A DNA stretch of 32,000 nt from the NCBI RefSeq assembly GCF_042660085.1, contig NZ_JBHSTI010000008.1, forward strand, positions 1,239,876-1,271,875, in the 5' to 3' direction. This DNA comes from Longivirga aurantiaca. GTDB lineage: Bacteria; Actinomycetota; Actinomycetes; S36-B12; CAIYMF01. A model generated the notes under the pieces. The model was given only the letters and a program-made list of their open reading frames with translations. It had not been told where the DNA came from and did no database searches. Of this stretch, positions 24,259 to 32,000 are shown one piece after another; position 1 is the first letter of the stretch, and the number at the start of each line of letters is the position of its first letter. The position numbers and the translations under genes were made by a program.

Positions 24259-25163
24259 TGTACCACGTCACGCGGATCGACGAGACGCAGAACGTGCTGC
24301 CGGCGGCGTACGCCGACCGCTCGAAGGGCTTCTCGCGCCAGCAGCTCGTCGGCAAGTCCGAGGGCTCGCCGCACATGGGCCTGTACGTCTGCGCCCTCGA
24401 GCCGGCGGGGCACGTCGAGGCGGTGGTGCACTCGTTCGAGGTCAGCATGTACGTGCTGTCCGGCGAGCTCGTCGTCACGATGCTCGGCGCGTCGACCACG
24501 CTCGGCGCCGACGACTGCATCGCGGTGCCCGTCGGCGTCACGTACTCCGTGCGCGCAGGCCGTGGCCCGGTGTCGTGGCTGCTCATGAGTGCGCCGGCGC
24601 CGTTCGAGGACACGCGTCGTACCGACACGTTCTTCACCGGCGAGCAGCTCGAGGCCGCGGCCTCGCCCGCCACCGATGTGCGGGACCCGCGCAACCAGAG
24701 CGCGTTCCGCTTCGACCCCGCGTCGATGGACCTCGACAACCTCGCCGTCGGCTCCCAGGTGGACGCGCCCCAGGTGTCGGCCAGCATGGCGACGGCGCTG
24801 CTCGCCTACAGCGGCATCGGCGTGCGGATGCTCGTCGACCAGCGGCTGCGCGCGCAGCTGCACACGATGTTCATGGTGCAGTACCAGCCCACCGCCATCG
24901 CCCACCCGCACGACCACCCCTTCGAGGAGGCGTACGTGATGGTCCAGGGCGAGGTGCACGCGCTCGTCGAGGGCGACGAGCTCGTCCTGCGGCCCGGCGA
25001 CGTGCTCTGGGCCGGCGTGGGTGCCGACCACGGGTTCCACAACCGCGGGAGCGGCCTGGTGCGCTGGATCGAGACGCAGGCGCCGCAGCCTCCGGCCCAG
25101 CACTCCTACCGGTTCAACAGGGACTGGGAGTACCTCGCGCAGGTGATCGAGAGCGGCGGCTGA
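24258..25163 (+). CDS. Bicupin protein (301 aa). The C-terminal cupin has an intact metal motif.
   Basis: The ATG overlaps the SDR stop by 1 nt (TGATG). The second cupin has HPHDHPFEE...G...H (AIAHPHDHPFEEAYVMVQGE...GADHGFHN). The first cupin lacks the HxH pair. Confidence 0.8.
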   Translation: MYHVTRIDETQNVLPAAYADRSKGFSRQQLVGKSEGSPHMGLYVCALEPAGHVEAVVHSFEVSMYVLSGELVVTMLGASTTLGADDCIAVPVGVTYSVRAGRGPVSWLLMSAPAPFEDTRRTDTFFTGEQLEAAASPATDVRDPRNQSAFRFDPASMDLDNLAVGSQVDAPQVSASMATALLAYSGIGVRMLVDQRLRAQLHTMFMVQYQPTAIAHPHDHPFEEAYVMVQGEVHALVEGDELVLRPGDVLWAGVGADHGFHNRGSGLVRWIETQAPQPPAQHSYRFNRDWEYLAQVIESGG

Positions 25164-25181
25164 ATCCTCAGGAGCAGCACG

Positions 25182-25217
25182 ACGGAGGCCGGCGAGCAGG
25201 TGCTCGCCGGCCTCCGT
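25182..25217. terminator. 17-bp perfect hairpin between the convergent bicupin and amidohydrolase genes
   Basis: ACGGAGGCCGGCGAGCA gg TGCTCGCCGGCCTCCGT. Confidence 0.65.
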
Positions 25218-25232
25218 GATCGCTCGGGCGAT

Positions 25233-26705
25233 CTACTCGTCGTGCGCCTCGGCGGCGCCGATCTCGTGGTCGCTGTACTGGTAGGGGTTGTCGAAGAGCT
25301 CGTCGGGCGCGAGCTCGGGGTTCATGCCGTTGACCCACTTCTCGTCGCCGAGGGCCTGCATCAGGTGGTCGACGGTCTGCCCGACGACCTCGCGGGCCTT
25401 GGCGACCTTGTCGGCCGCACCGACGAGCCGGCCGTCGTGCTTGAGGACCTTGCCCTTGACGAGGACGGAGTGCACGTCGCCGCGGGTGGCCTGGTAGACC
25501 ACGTGGCCGTACGGGTTGAGCACCGGGAACATCGCCGGCGACGCGTCGTTCTTGATCAGCACCACGTCGGCCTGCTTGCCGACCTCGAGGCTGCCGACCT
25601 TGTCACCGAGCCCGAGCGCGCGGGCACCGCCGATGGTCGCCCACTCCACGACCGTCTCCGCACGCAGCGGGTGGTTGACGACCGTCTCGCCCTTCTCGTG
25701 GGCGGCCATGTGCACGCGCACCCGATCGGCGTTGAGGGTGCCGCGCATGGCCGAGAACAGGTCGGCGCTCCACCACACGCTCGTGTCCATCGACAGCGAC
25801 ACGGGGACGCCGTACTTGCGGAGCTGCCAGGTGGGCGGGTAGCCCTGCCCCGCGCTGCACTCGCTCTCGGTCGACACCGACGCGTGGCCGCCGGACGCCG
25901 CGATGCGGTGGTAGGAGTCCGCCGACAGCGTGGTCGAGTGGACGTAGATCTGGCCCGGCGTCATGAAGCCGTTGTCGTGCATGAGCTGGATGCTCTCGTC
26001 CTTGGTGATCGCCCAGACGCCGGCGTGCGTCGTGACCGGGACGCCGAGCTCGCGGGCGGCCTCGAAGGCCGCCTTCTCCGGGAACGTCGGGTCGCCCGTG
26101 ACGTCGAAGGCGAGCTGGAAGCCGAGCATGTCGTTCGACGGGTCGATGCGACGTCGTACGAAGTCGCGGAACTCGGGGGAGTTCGACCACTCCCAGGGGC
26201 CCTGCTGGATGTTGCCGTAGGCGAGCACGAACCGGCCCGGCACCTCCTCGAGGGCGTCGAGCGCGGCGTCGGCGTGCTCGGTGCTCTGCAGACCGTGCGA
26301 CCAGTCGACCGACGTCGTGACGCCGGCGTCGACGGCCTCGACGGCGCTGAGCAGGTTGCCGGCGTACACGTCCTCGGGGCGGAAGGACTTGCCCCACTCG
26401 AGGTAGTACCAGACGAAGTACTGCGTGAGGGTCCAGTCGGCGCCGTAGCCGCGCATGGCGGTCTGCCACATGTGGCGGTGCGTATCGATCATGCCCGGCA
26501 TGACGATGCCGCCGGAGGCGTCGATCTCGACGGTGCCCTCGGGCACGGCGAGGTTCGGCCCGATCGCCGCGATGGTCTCGCCGACGACGAGCACATCGGC
26601 ACCTGCGAGAACCGTCTTGCTGTCGTTCATCGTGAGCACGGTGCCGCCGCGCAGGACCACCGCAGGGGCGGCCGCGAACGTACCGGGGTCGGGGGTCGAG
26701 GTCAT
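25233..26705 (-). CDS. Amidohydrolase-superfamily protein, cytosine/guanine-deaminase or TRZ/ATZ-like (490 aa)
   Basis: The GMIDTHRHMW metal-binding HxH motif is present, along with THAG, later conserved His/Asp and a GSLEVGKQADVVLI tail pattern. AAGGAGA lies 4 nt before the ATG at 26705, which I prefer over the track start at 26786. Confidence 0.85.
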   Translation of the reverse strand: MTSTPDPGTFAAAPAVVLRGGTVLTMNDSKTVLAGADVLVVGETIAAIGPNLAVPEGTVEIDASGGIVMPGMIDTHRHMWQTAMRGYGADWTLTQYFVWYYLEWGKSFRPEDVYAGNLLSAVEAVDAGVTTSVDWSHGLQSTEHADAALDALEEVPGRFVLAYGNIQQGPWEWSNSPEFRDFVRRRIDPSNDMLGFQLAFDVTGDPTFPEKAAFEAARELGVPVTTHAGVWAITKDESIQLMHDNGFMTPGQIYVHSTTLSADSYHRIAASGGHASVSTESECSAGQGYPPTWQLRKYGVPVSLSMDTSVWWSADLFSAMRGTLNADRVRVHMAAHEKGETVVNHPLRAETVVEWATIGGARALGLGDKVGSLEVGKQADVVLIKNDASPAMFPVLNPYGHVVYQATRGDVHSVLVKGKVLKHDGRLVGAADKVAKAREVVGQTVDHLMQALGDEKWVNGMNPELAPDELFDNPYQYSDHEIGAAEAHDE

Positions 26706-26785
26706 CGCTCTCCTTCGAGAGGGCGCCGCGTCGCGGCGTGCTGGGGGTGGCCCGGCGAGGTGCGGACCCTCGACGGCTTGGAGCA

Positions 26786-26814
26786 AACATGAGGGGGGCT
26801 GAACGCACTGTCAA
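26786..26814 (-). promoter_or_regulatory. Candidate promoter for the amidohydrolase gene: -35 TTGACA, 17-nt spacer, -10 CATGTT (minus strand)
   Basis: The reverse complement reads CTTGACA GTGCGTTCAGCCCCCCT CATGTT. It lies in the AT-richest patch of the 288-nt divergent intergenic region. Confidence 0.4.
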
Positions 26815-26993
26815 GGGATTCTGTGCAGTATTTCTGAACTTCCTGGGGGTATGGCGCGGGCCGTCACCGCGGCCGGCAGGGCGTGCGTCCAGTACGGATT
26901 CACAGCGGCGGTACGACCCAGGACGCGATTCGGGCGCGGCACCCGCCGTTCCTCACGTTCCCCCCGACCTCGGCCGGGCAGTAGCGTCTCGGC

Positions 26994-27188
26994 ATGGCCA
27001 AGACCAAGAACGACGCACGCGAGGAGTGGGCCGCGGCCGAGGAGGAGTACCGCAAGGTCATCGAGCCCTACGCCACCGGCTTCGGTGCCGAGCCGATCGA
27101 CCGCGCCACCCTCGTCGTCATCGCCAAGGCGCGCAGCAAGGCCGAGCGCTGCCTGGACGCCTACGTGCGGCGCGTCCTCGGCACCTGA
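26994..27188 (+). CDS. Small hypothetical protein (64 aa)
   Basis: It shows strong GC3 bias and normal amino-acid composition (MAKTKNDAREEWAAAEEEYRKVIEPYATGF...). It lies immediately upstream of plsC on the same strand, with no obvious SD. Confidence 0.6.
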   Translation: MAKTKNDAREEWAAAEEEYRKVIEPYATGFGAEPIDRATLVVIAKARSKAERCLDAYVRRVLGT

Positions 27189-27260
27189 TCGGCACCCGGT
27201 GCCGGTGCTGGGAGACCACCTGGGAGGCTTGTGCCCTCGGGGATCGGCCGGAAGGTGAGC

Positions 27261-27929
27261 ATGCTGTACGAGGTCGCGCACGCGATCGTGCCGCCGGTGG
27301 CCAAGGTGGTGTGGCGTCCGCACGTCGAGGGCCTCGCCAGCATCCCGGAGTCCGGGCCCGTCATCGTCGCGAGCAACCACCTGTCGTTCGCCGACAGCAT
27401 GGTGATCCCGATTGTCTCGCCGCGGAAGGTCGTGTTCCTCGCCAAGGAGTCCTACTTCACCGGCACGGGCGTCAAGGGCGCGCTGATGCGCGGCTGGTTC
27501 GAGGGCATCGGCATGATCCCCGTCGACCGCGACGACACCAAGGCGGCGCTGGCCTCGCTCGACATCGCCCTCGAGGTGCTCGGCCGGGGCGAGGCCTTCG
27601 GCATCTACCCCGAGGGCACCCGTTCGCTCGACGGCCGGCTCTACCGGGGGCGGACGGGCGTGGCGCACCTGGCGCTCACCTCGGGCGCCCCGATCGTGCC
27701 CGTCGGGCTCATCGGTACCGAGAAGCTGCAGCCGGTGGGTGCCAAGGCACCCCGGCTCGCGCGCGTCACCGTGCGGTTCGGGACCCCGATCCGGGTGGGG
27801 AAGCGGTTCGAGGGCATGCCCAGCGGCGCCGCACGGCGCGCCCTCACCGACGAGGTGATGGCCGCGATCCAGGCGCTGTCGGGGCAGCCGCGCGCCGACG
27901 GCTACAACGAGCGGCCTCCGACCGTCTGA
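27261..27929 (+). CDS. plsC: 1-acyl-sn-glycerol-3-phosphate (lysophospholipid) acyltransferase (222 aa)
   Basis: The NHxxxxD motif (ASNHLSFADS), the EGTRS motif (IYPEGTRSLDG) and the PIVPVG block are present. GGAAGGTGA lies before the ATG at 27261, which I prefer over the GTG at 27231. Confidence 0.85.
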   Translation: MLYEVAHAIVPPVAKVVWRPHVEGLASIPESGPVIVASNHLSFADSMVIPIVSPRKVVFLAKESYFTGTGVKGALMRGWFEGIGMIPVDRDDTKAALASLDIALEVLGRGEAFGIYPEGTRSLDGRLYRGRTGVAHLALTSGAPIVPVGLIGTEKLQPVGAKAPRLARVTVRFGTPIRVGKRFEGMPSGAARRALTDEVMAAIQALSGQPRADGYNERPPTV

Positions 27930-27947
27930 CCAGAGCTGGCGGCGGAG

Positions 27948-27985
27948 AGTGACCACTGCGTCACTATTCGACAGCACTGCGTGAC
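27948..27985 (+). promoter_or_regulatory. Operator-like element: inverted repeat AGTGAC-N6-GTCACT, plus a second CACTGCGTGAC copy 21 nt downstream
   Basis: AGTGACcactgcGTCACT is at 27948-27965. CACTGCGT recurs at 27954 and 27975, two helical turns apart. The element lies in the 184-nt gap upstream of the TolB-like gene. Confidence 0.3.
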
Positions 27986-28113
27986 AATCCCCTGCGGCAG
28001 AGGCGATCCCGGCAGTTTCCGTCGCTGCTAGCGCACCCATCCGGGGCCGTGCGTCGCTACCGTCGTGCCGGGCGGTCCGCCCGTCCGTCCGTCGACCCTG
28101 GGTGGGGGATCTC

Positions 28114-29670
28114 ATGCGTCGTGCCGCGCTCGTCCTGGTGCCGCTGCTCGTCGTGACCGGGCTCGTGGCCGCCGCACCGGCGGCCGTGGCCCAGCACCCC
28201 GGTGCGAACGGCGTGATCACGAACATCGAGGGCTTCGTCTGGTCGGGCACGTTCGCGCCCGACGGCACCGAGCGTGCGTGCTGCGGCGTCCAGGGGGATC
28301 CCGAGTCCGCCCTGCCCTCGATCGCCCCTGAGGAGGCGATCTGGGGCCCCGACGGCCGCACCGTCGCGGTCGTCGGCGAATGGGTGAACGACCCGACCAA
28401 CGCCGGTCTCGAGATCCTCGTCTACGACGTGGTGGACGACGAGATCAGGTCGATCGGCACGGCCGACGACAGCCGGCCCGATTTCAGCCCCGACGGCTCC
28501 CAGCTCGTGATCAGCCGCGGTGGGGACCTCATGATCGTGGACGTCGCGAGCGGCGCTCCGGTGCGCCAGCTGACCTCGACACCAGGTGTCGACGAGGTGG
28601 ACCCCTCCTGGAGCCCCGACGGCGGCAGCATCGCCTTCGCCACGGCAGCGGGCGTCTCGGTTCTGCCCGCCGCTGGCGGGCCGAGCGCTCCGCTGGTGGA
28701 TGCGGCAGCCGAACCTCAGTACTCCGGCGACGGCGCCCATCTGGCGTACCTCGTGGGTACCCAGCTCTGGGTCTCGGACGCGGACGGGACGAGTGCGGTC
28801 GACACCGGGATCCGGGCCACGGAGTACACCTGGTCGCCCGACTCGACGCGATTCGCGGTCGTCATCGACAGCGCCGAGATGGGCGAGGAATGGCAGAGCG
28901 CCGAGACGTGGGTGACGTCGATCGACGGACAGCCCTTGTCTGCCAGCCCGGCCAACGGAAGCGCGAGCGCGAGCAGCTGGTCGTGGCAGCCGGTGCAGGC
29001 GCCGGAGCCCGGTGTCGTCGCGCCGACCTCGGGCGTGTCGGGCGCCGCCTCGGCGTTCTCCCGCTCGTCGACCCTCACGGTGCGCTGGACGGCGTCCGAC
29101 CTCGTGTCGCCCGTGACGAGCACCGATGTCAGGTACCGCCGCGCGAGCGCGCTCGGTGGCCCGTACACGAGCTACCGCTGGTGGATCAACCGGACCACGA
29201 CGCGCCTCGCGACGCTCGACGCCGTGCCGGGCTACCGGTACTGCTTCTCGAGCCGGGCCCGCAACGAGGCCGGGGCGGTGAGCGCGTGGTCGGAGGAGAA
29301 GTGCACGACGGTGCCCTTCGACGACCGCCAGCTCACCGCGCGCGGCGACTGGGTCCGCGTGTCGCGCGAGGGCTTCCTGCGCGGGACCGCGTCGCGCACC
29401 ACGGACCAGTGGGCCTCGCTCTCGACCGCACCGGGCTACGTGCGCGAGGTGGGCGTGATCGCCTCGACCGGCCCGAACGGCGGCCGGGTCGCGGTGCTGG
29501 TCGGGTCGCACCGGATCGGCACGATCTCGCTCTACTCCGCCACGGCGAAGGACCGCACGGTCCTCATGCTTCCGCGTCTGGCGAAGGGCAGGTACGGCTC
29601 GGTGCGTCTCGTCGTCCTCACCTCGGGCAGGACCGTGCGCATCGACGGCCTCGCCACCTCGGCCCGGTAG
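28114..29670 (+). CDS. Secreted TolB-like (PD40/WD40-like) beta-propeller protein with a C-terminal FN3-like domain (518 aa)
   Basis: The signal peptide is MRRAALVLVPLLVVTGLVAAAPAAVA. PD40 motifs repeat (FSPDGSQL, PSWSPDGGSIAF, YSGDGAHLAY, WSPDSTRFA). An FN3-like segment ends in RARNEAGAVSAWS. GGTGGGGGA lies before the ATG at 28114. Confidence 0.8.
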   Translation: MRRAALVLVPLLVVTGLVAAAPAAVAQHPGANGVITNIEGFVWSGTFAPDGTERACCGVQGDPESALPSIAPEEAIWGPDGRTVAVVGEWVNDPTNAGLEILVYDVVDDEIRSIGTADDSRPDFSPDGSQLVISRGGDLMIVDVASGAPVRQLTSTPGVDEVDPSWSPDGGSIAFATAAGVSVLPAAGGPSAPLVDAAAEPQYSGDGAHLAYLVGTQLWVSDADGTSAVDTGIRATEYTWSPDSTRFAVVIDSAEMGEEWQSAETWVTSIDGQPLSASPANGSASASSWSWQPVQAPEPGVVAPTSGVSGAASAFSRSSTLTVRWTASDLVSPVTSTDVRYRRASALGGPYTSYRWWINRTTTRLATLDAVPGYRYCFSSRARNEAGAVSAWSEEKCTTVPFDDRQLTARGDWVRVSREGFLRGTASRTTDQWASLSTAPGYVREVGVIASTGPNGGRVAVLVGSHRIGTISLYSATAKDRTVLMLPRLAKGRYGSVRLVVLTSGRTVRIDGLATSAR

Positions 29671-29683
29671 GGCGAGGGCGAGC

Positions 29684-31087
29684 ATGAGCATCGACCAGCA
29701 CGGCAACGTCCTCACCGACGCCGATCCTGCGGCCGTAGCGGCGTACGACGATGCGGTGGACCACCTGCTGCACTTCCGGTCAGAGGTCGGCGACTCGCTC
29801 TCGACCGCGCTCACCATCGAGCCCGGTCTGGCGATGGGCCGGGTGATGGAGGCCTACCTCGGCGTCCTCGGCACCGAGCCCGATGACGTGGCCGCGGCGA
29901 AGGAGTCGCTCACGTCGTACATCGCGACCACCGACGCCTCGGGGCTGCAGCCGCGCGAGCGCCAGCACCTCGCGGCGGCCGACGCGCTCGTGCGCGGCGA
30001 CCTCGTGAGCGGAGGAAGGCTGCTGCGCGCGCTCGTCGTCGAGCACCCGCGCGACGCGCTCGCCCTTGCGGTGGGCCACCAGGTCGACTTCTTCACGGCG
30101 GATGCGCCGGCCCTCCGCGACCGCGTGGGCGGCGCGCTCTCCGCCTGGACCGAGGACGACCCGCACCTCGGGCAGCTGCTCGGCATGCACGCGTTCGGCC
30201 TCGAGGAGTGCGGGCTCTACGGACGCTCGGAGGACGTCGGGCTCCGGGCGCTCGAGCTCGACCGGTCGGACGTGTGGGCGCTGCACGCCGTCGCGCACAC
30301 CTTCGAGATGCAGGGCCGGTTCGCCGAGGGCCGCGCCTTCCTCGACGAGCGCGCGGGCGACTGGCAGCAGGGCAACTTCCTCAACGTCCACAACTGGTGG
30401 CACTACTGCCTCTACCTGCTCGAGGCCGGCGACACCCGGCGTCCGCTGGAGATCTACGACGCCGTCCTGCACCACGCGGAGTCCGCCGGTCTCGCGATGG
30501 AGATGCTGGATGCGTCTGCGCTGCTGTGGCGGCTGCTGCTCGAGGGCGAGGACACGGGGTCGCGGTGGACGGCTCTCGCCGAGGCGTGGGACGCGAAGGT
30601 CGCGGTGCCTCTCTACTCGTTCAACGACATGCACGCCGTGATGGCGTACATCGGTGCCGGCCGCCTGCGCGACGCCGAGCGGCTGGTCGAGAGCCGGACC
30701 CAGTGGCTCGCGGGCGACGTCGACCCGGCGGTCACCAACGTGACGATGACGCGCGAGGTCGGTCTGCCCGTCGCACGGGCGCTCGTGGCCTTCGCGCGCG
30801 AGGACTACGCCACCGCGGTCGAACTGCTGGCGCCCATCAGGAGCCGCGTGCAGCTGTTCGGCGGCAGCCACGCGCAGCGGGACGCCGTGCAGCGCACGCT
30901 GCTCGAGGCGGCCATCCGTGCGGGCCGGCTCGATCTCGCGCGGACGCTGGTCTCGGAGAGGCTCGGGATCAACCCGTGCAGCCCCTACTCCTGGCTCAAG
31001 CGCGCGACCGTGGTGCAGGCGCTCGGCGACGAGGTCGGCGCCGACCTCGCGCGCGCGGAGGCCGAGGCGCTCCGCACCGCTCGCTGA
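29684..31087 (+). CDS. Tetratricopeptide repeat protein, TTC38-family-like (467 aa)
   Basis: The protein is all-helical TPR-like, with the NVHNWWHYCLYLLE block I associate with the TTC38 family. It starts 13 nt after the upstream stop. Confidence 0.75.
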   Translation: MSIDQHGNVLTDADPAAVAAYDDAVDHLLHFRSEVGDSLSTALTIEPGLAMGRVMEAYLGVLGTEPDDVAAAKESLTSYIATTDASGLQPRERQHLAAADALVRGDLVSGGRLLRALVVEHPRDALALAVGHQVDFFTADAPALRDRVGGALSAWTEDDPHLGQLLGMHAFGLEECGLYGRSEDVGLRALELDRSDVWALHAVAHTFEMQGRFAEGRAFLDERAGDWQQGNFLNVHNWWHYCLYLLEAGDTRRPLEIYDAVLHHAESAGLAMEMLDASALLWRLLLEGEDTGSRWTALAEAWDAKVAVPLYSFNDMHAVMAYIGAGRLRDAERLVESRTQWLAGDVDPAVTNVTMTREVGLPVARALVAFAREDYATAVELLAPIRSRVQLFGGSHAQRDAVQRTLLEAAIRAGRLDLARTLVSERLGINPCSPYSWLKRATVVQALGDEVGADLARAEAEALRTAR

Positions 31088-31090
31088 GCT

Positions 31091-31128
31091 GTCGGCCGGT
31101 GGAGGACCCCGTTCCGCGACCGGCCGAC
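31091..31128 (+). terminator. Hairpin (10-bp stem, 18-nt loop) 4 nt after the TTC38-like stop
   Basis: GTCGGCCGGT ...18 nt... ACCGGCCGAC. Confidence 0.45.
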
Positions 31129-31269
31129 GCCCCGGCGTCGACCCGCTCGATGCACCTCGGCCGAGCACTCGGTGCACGTCGGAGGAACCGGATGCGCGTC
31201 GGGGGAGGCGTGGCGACACTCGACCTCCGCGGCCGTCGCCGGGCGGCCGGACAGCGCGAGGGAGCGGAC

Positions 31270-31362
31270 ATGGCTCTCGAGGACATCGTCGGTCAGGCGA
31301 AGGAGATGCTCAGCAGCAGCGAGGTGGAGCAGGGCGCCCAGGCGCTCAAGGACCGGGTCTAG
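31270..31362 (+). CDS. Tiny ORF (30 aa), MALEDIVGQAKEMLSSSEVEQGAQALKDRV. It resembles the N-terminus of MT0933-type small antitoxin-like proteins.
   Basis: GAGGGAG lies 6 nt upstream of the ATG, and a very strong hairpin follows the ORF. The family resemblance is by eye only. Confidence 0.4.
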   Translation: MALEDIVGQAKEMLSSSEVEQGAQALKDRV

Positions 31363-31367
31363 GCACC

Positions 31368-31424
31368 GAACGGCTCTGCACGGGTGGGTGGCGCGGTCGA
31401 CGCGCCGCCCACCCGTGGCCGTTC
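31368..31424 (+). terminator. Long hairpin of about 24 bp (17-bp core with one G-U, plus a 7-bp outer stem across a 4-nt bulge) after the 30-aa ORF
   Basis: GAACGGC tctg CACGGGTGGGTGGCGCG gtcga CGCGCCGCCCACCCGTG GCCGTTC. Confidence 0.6.
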
Positions 31425-31500
31425 CGGCAGCGTGCGCGACGAAGGGGCGTACTGTCCGGAGTCACGGAGCCGTTCAGGCTTCCCGGCTCGAGGAGCCACC

Positions 31501-31632
31501 ATGGCCGACAAGTCCCCGCGACAGCACCTGCAGAAGAAGACGGCCGGGAAGTCCCTCAAGGAGAAGCGCCTCGACAAGAAGGCCAAGGCGGGCACCTCGC
31601 ACGAGATCATCCCGTCGACCAAGAAGCACTGA
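31501..31632 (+). CDS. Small, highly basic hypothetical protein (43 aa)
   Basis: The sequence is MADKSPRQHLQKKTAGKSLKEKRLDKKAKAGTSHEIIPSTKKH. GAGGAG lies 6 nt upstream of the ATG. Lys is encoded almost only by AAG, as expected for real genes in this genome. Confidence 0.55.
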   Translation: MADKSPRQHLQKKTAGKSLKEKRLDKKAKAGTSHEIIPSTKKH

Positions 31633-31642
31633 CCGCGGGTCG

Positions 31643-32000
31643 TCAGGGGCGGGCTCGCACCTCGAGTGCGAGCAGGTCGGCCGTGCACCGGTCCGGCTGC
31701 TGAGCGTGCAGGTCGTGGTGCGCACCGACGTACCACTGCACCTCGGCGTCGGGGATGCGGTCAAGAGCCTCGGTGACGGGCGTCGACCCGAGGGGGACGG
31801 CGTCGACCGCAGCCATGAGGAGCGTCGGCACCTGCACCCGCGGGTAGAGCGGGCGCGGATCGTCCTGCCACAGCGAGTGCACGATGCTGCGGTGATGCTC
31901 GCGTGCGAGGTGCGGCCGCACGGTGCCGTCGGGCAGGTCGCCGAAGTTCGCCAGCGCTCCGAGCCGACCCTCCTCCGGCCAGTCGCTGTTCCAGCTGCGG
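31643..32000 (-). CDS. Alpha/beta hydrolase, C-terminal part. The 5' end runs off the window.
   Basis: The C-terminal pattern (..VPTLLMAAVD....E.....P.AE..WYVGAHHDLHAQQPD) contains the catalytic-His region. The reading frame stays open from 31921 to the window edge. Confidence 0.7.
   Translation of the reverse strand, partial: RSWNSDWPEEGRLGALANFGDLPDGTVRPHLAREHHRSIVHSLWQDDPRPLYPRVQVPTLLMAAVDAVPLGSTPVTEALDRIPDAEVQWYVGAHHDLHAQQPDRCTADLLALEVRARP

Noticed and set aside
31655-31680. An 8-bp hairpin (GCTCGCAC ctcga GTGCGAGC) after the small basic ORF as a terminator
   Set aside because: It lies inside the 3' end of the convergent alpha/beta-hydrolase CDS and is short, so I do not call it independently.
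1-32000. Mobile elements, prophage or integrative-island signatures, tRNA or rRNA genes
   Set aside because: No transposase, integrase or recombinase-like ORF was seen. There are no long terminal inverted or direct repeats and no tRNA-like cloverleaf candidates. Composition is uniformly high-GC apart from short promoter patches.

Overview
This is a very GC-rich window (roughly 70%+ G+C, with strong third-position GC bias), typical of an Actinomycetota chromosome. I found no rRNA, tRNA, CRISPR array, transposase or integrase.

The left 7 kb is one minus-strand operon for a group 3b (Hyh/sulfhydrogenase-type) cytosolic [NiFe]-hydrogenase. Its order is hyhB, a stand-alone cyclic-nucleotide-binding-like ORF, hyhG, hyhS, hyhL, maturation endopeptidase, hypC, an EamA/DMT transporter, and a Cys/His-rich hypothetical. 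Nearly every junction abuts or overlaps.

The rest of the window contains:
- a small membrane protein, a WS/DGAT acyltransferase and an F420-type LLM oxidoreductase
- two tandem paralogs with a shared unknown N-domain and a DUF2510-like C-terminus, one carrying an in-frame acidic tandem repeat
- a LAL-type (AAA + LuxR) regulator flanked by two secreted proteins
- a short decay zone with a Kelch-like fragment and a broken FNR-like gene
- a large secreted arylsulfotransferase-family protein and a membrane GGDEF-EAL protein
- an XRE-cupin regulator divergent from an SDR-bicupin pair that converges on an amidohydrolase
- plsC, a TolB-like beta-propeller protein, a TTC38-family protein, two tiny ORFs, and a truncated alpha/beta hydrolase at the right edge

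The most interesting items are the uncharacterised genes embedded in the hydrogenase operon and the DUF2510 paralog pair.

All family calls come from motif recognition by eye; no database search was run. CDS coordinates are derived from the ORF track. Non-coding coordinates may be off by 1-2 nt.
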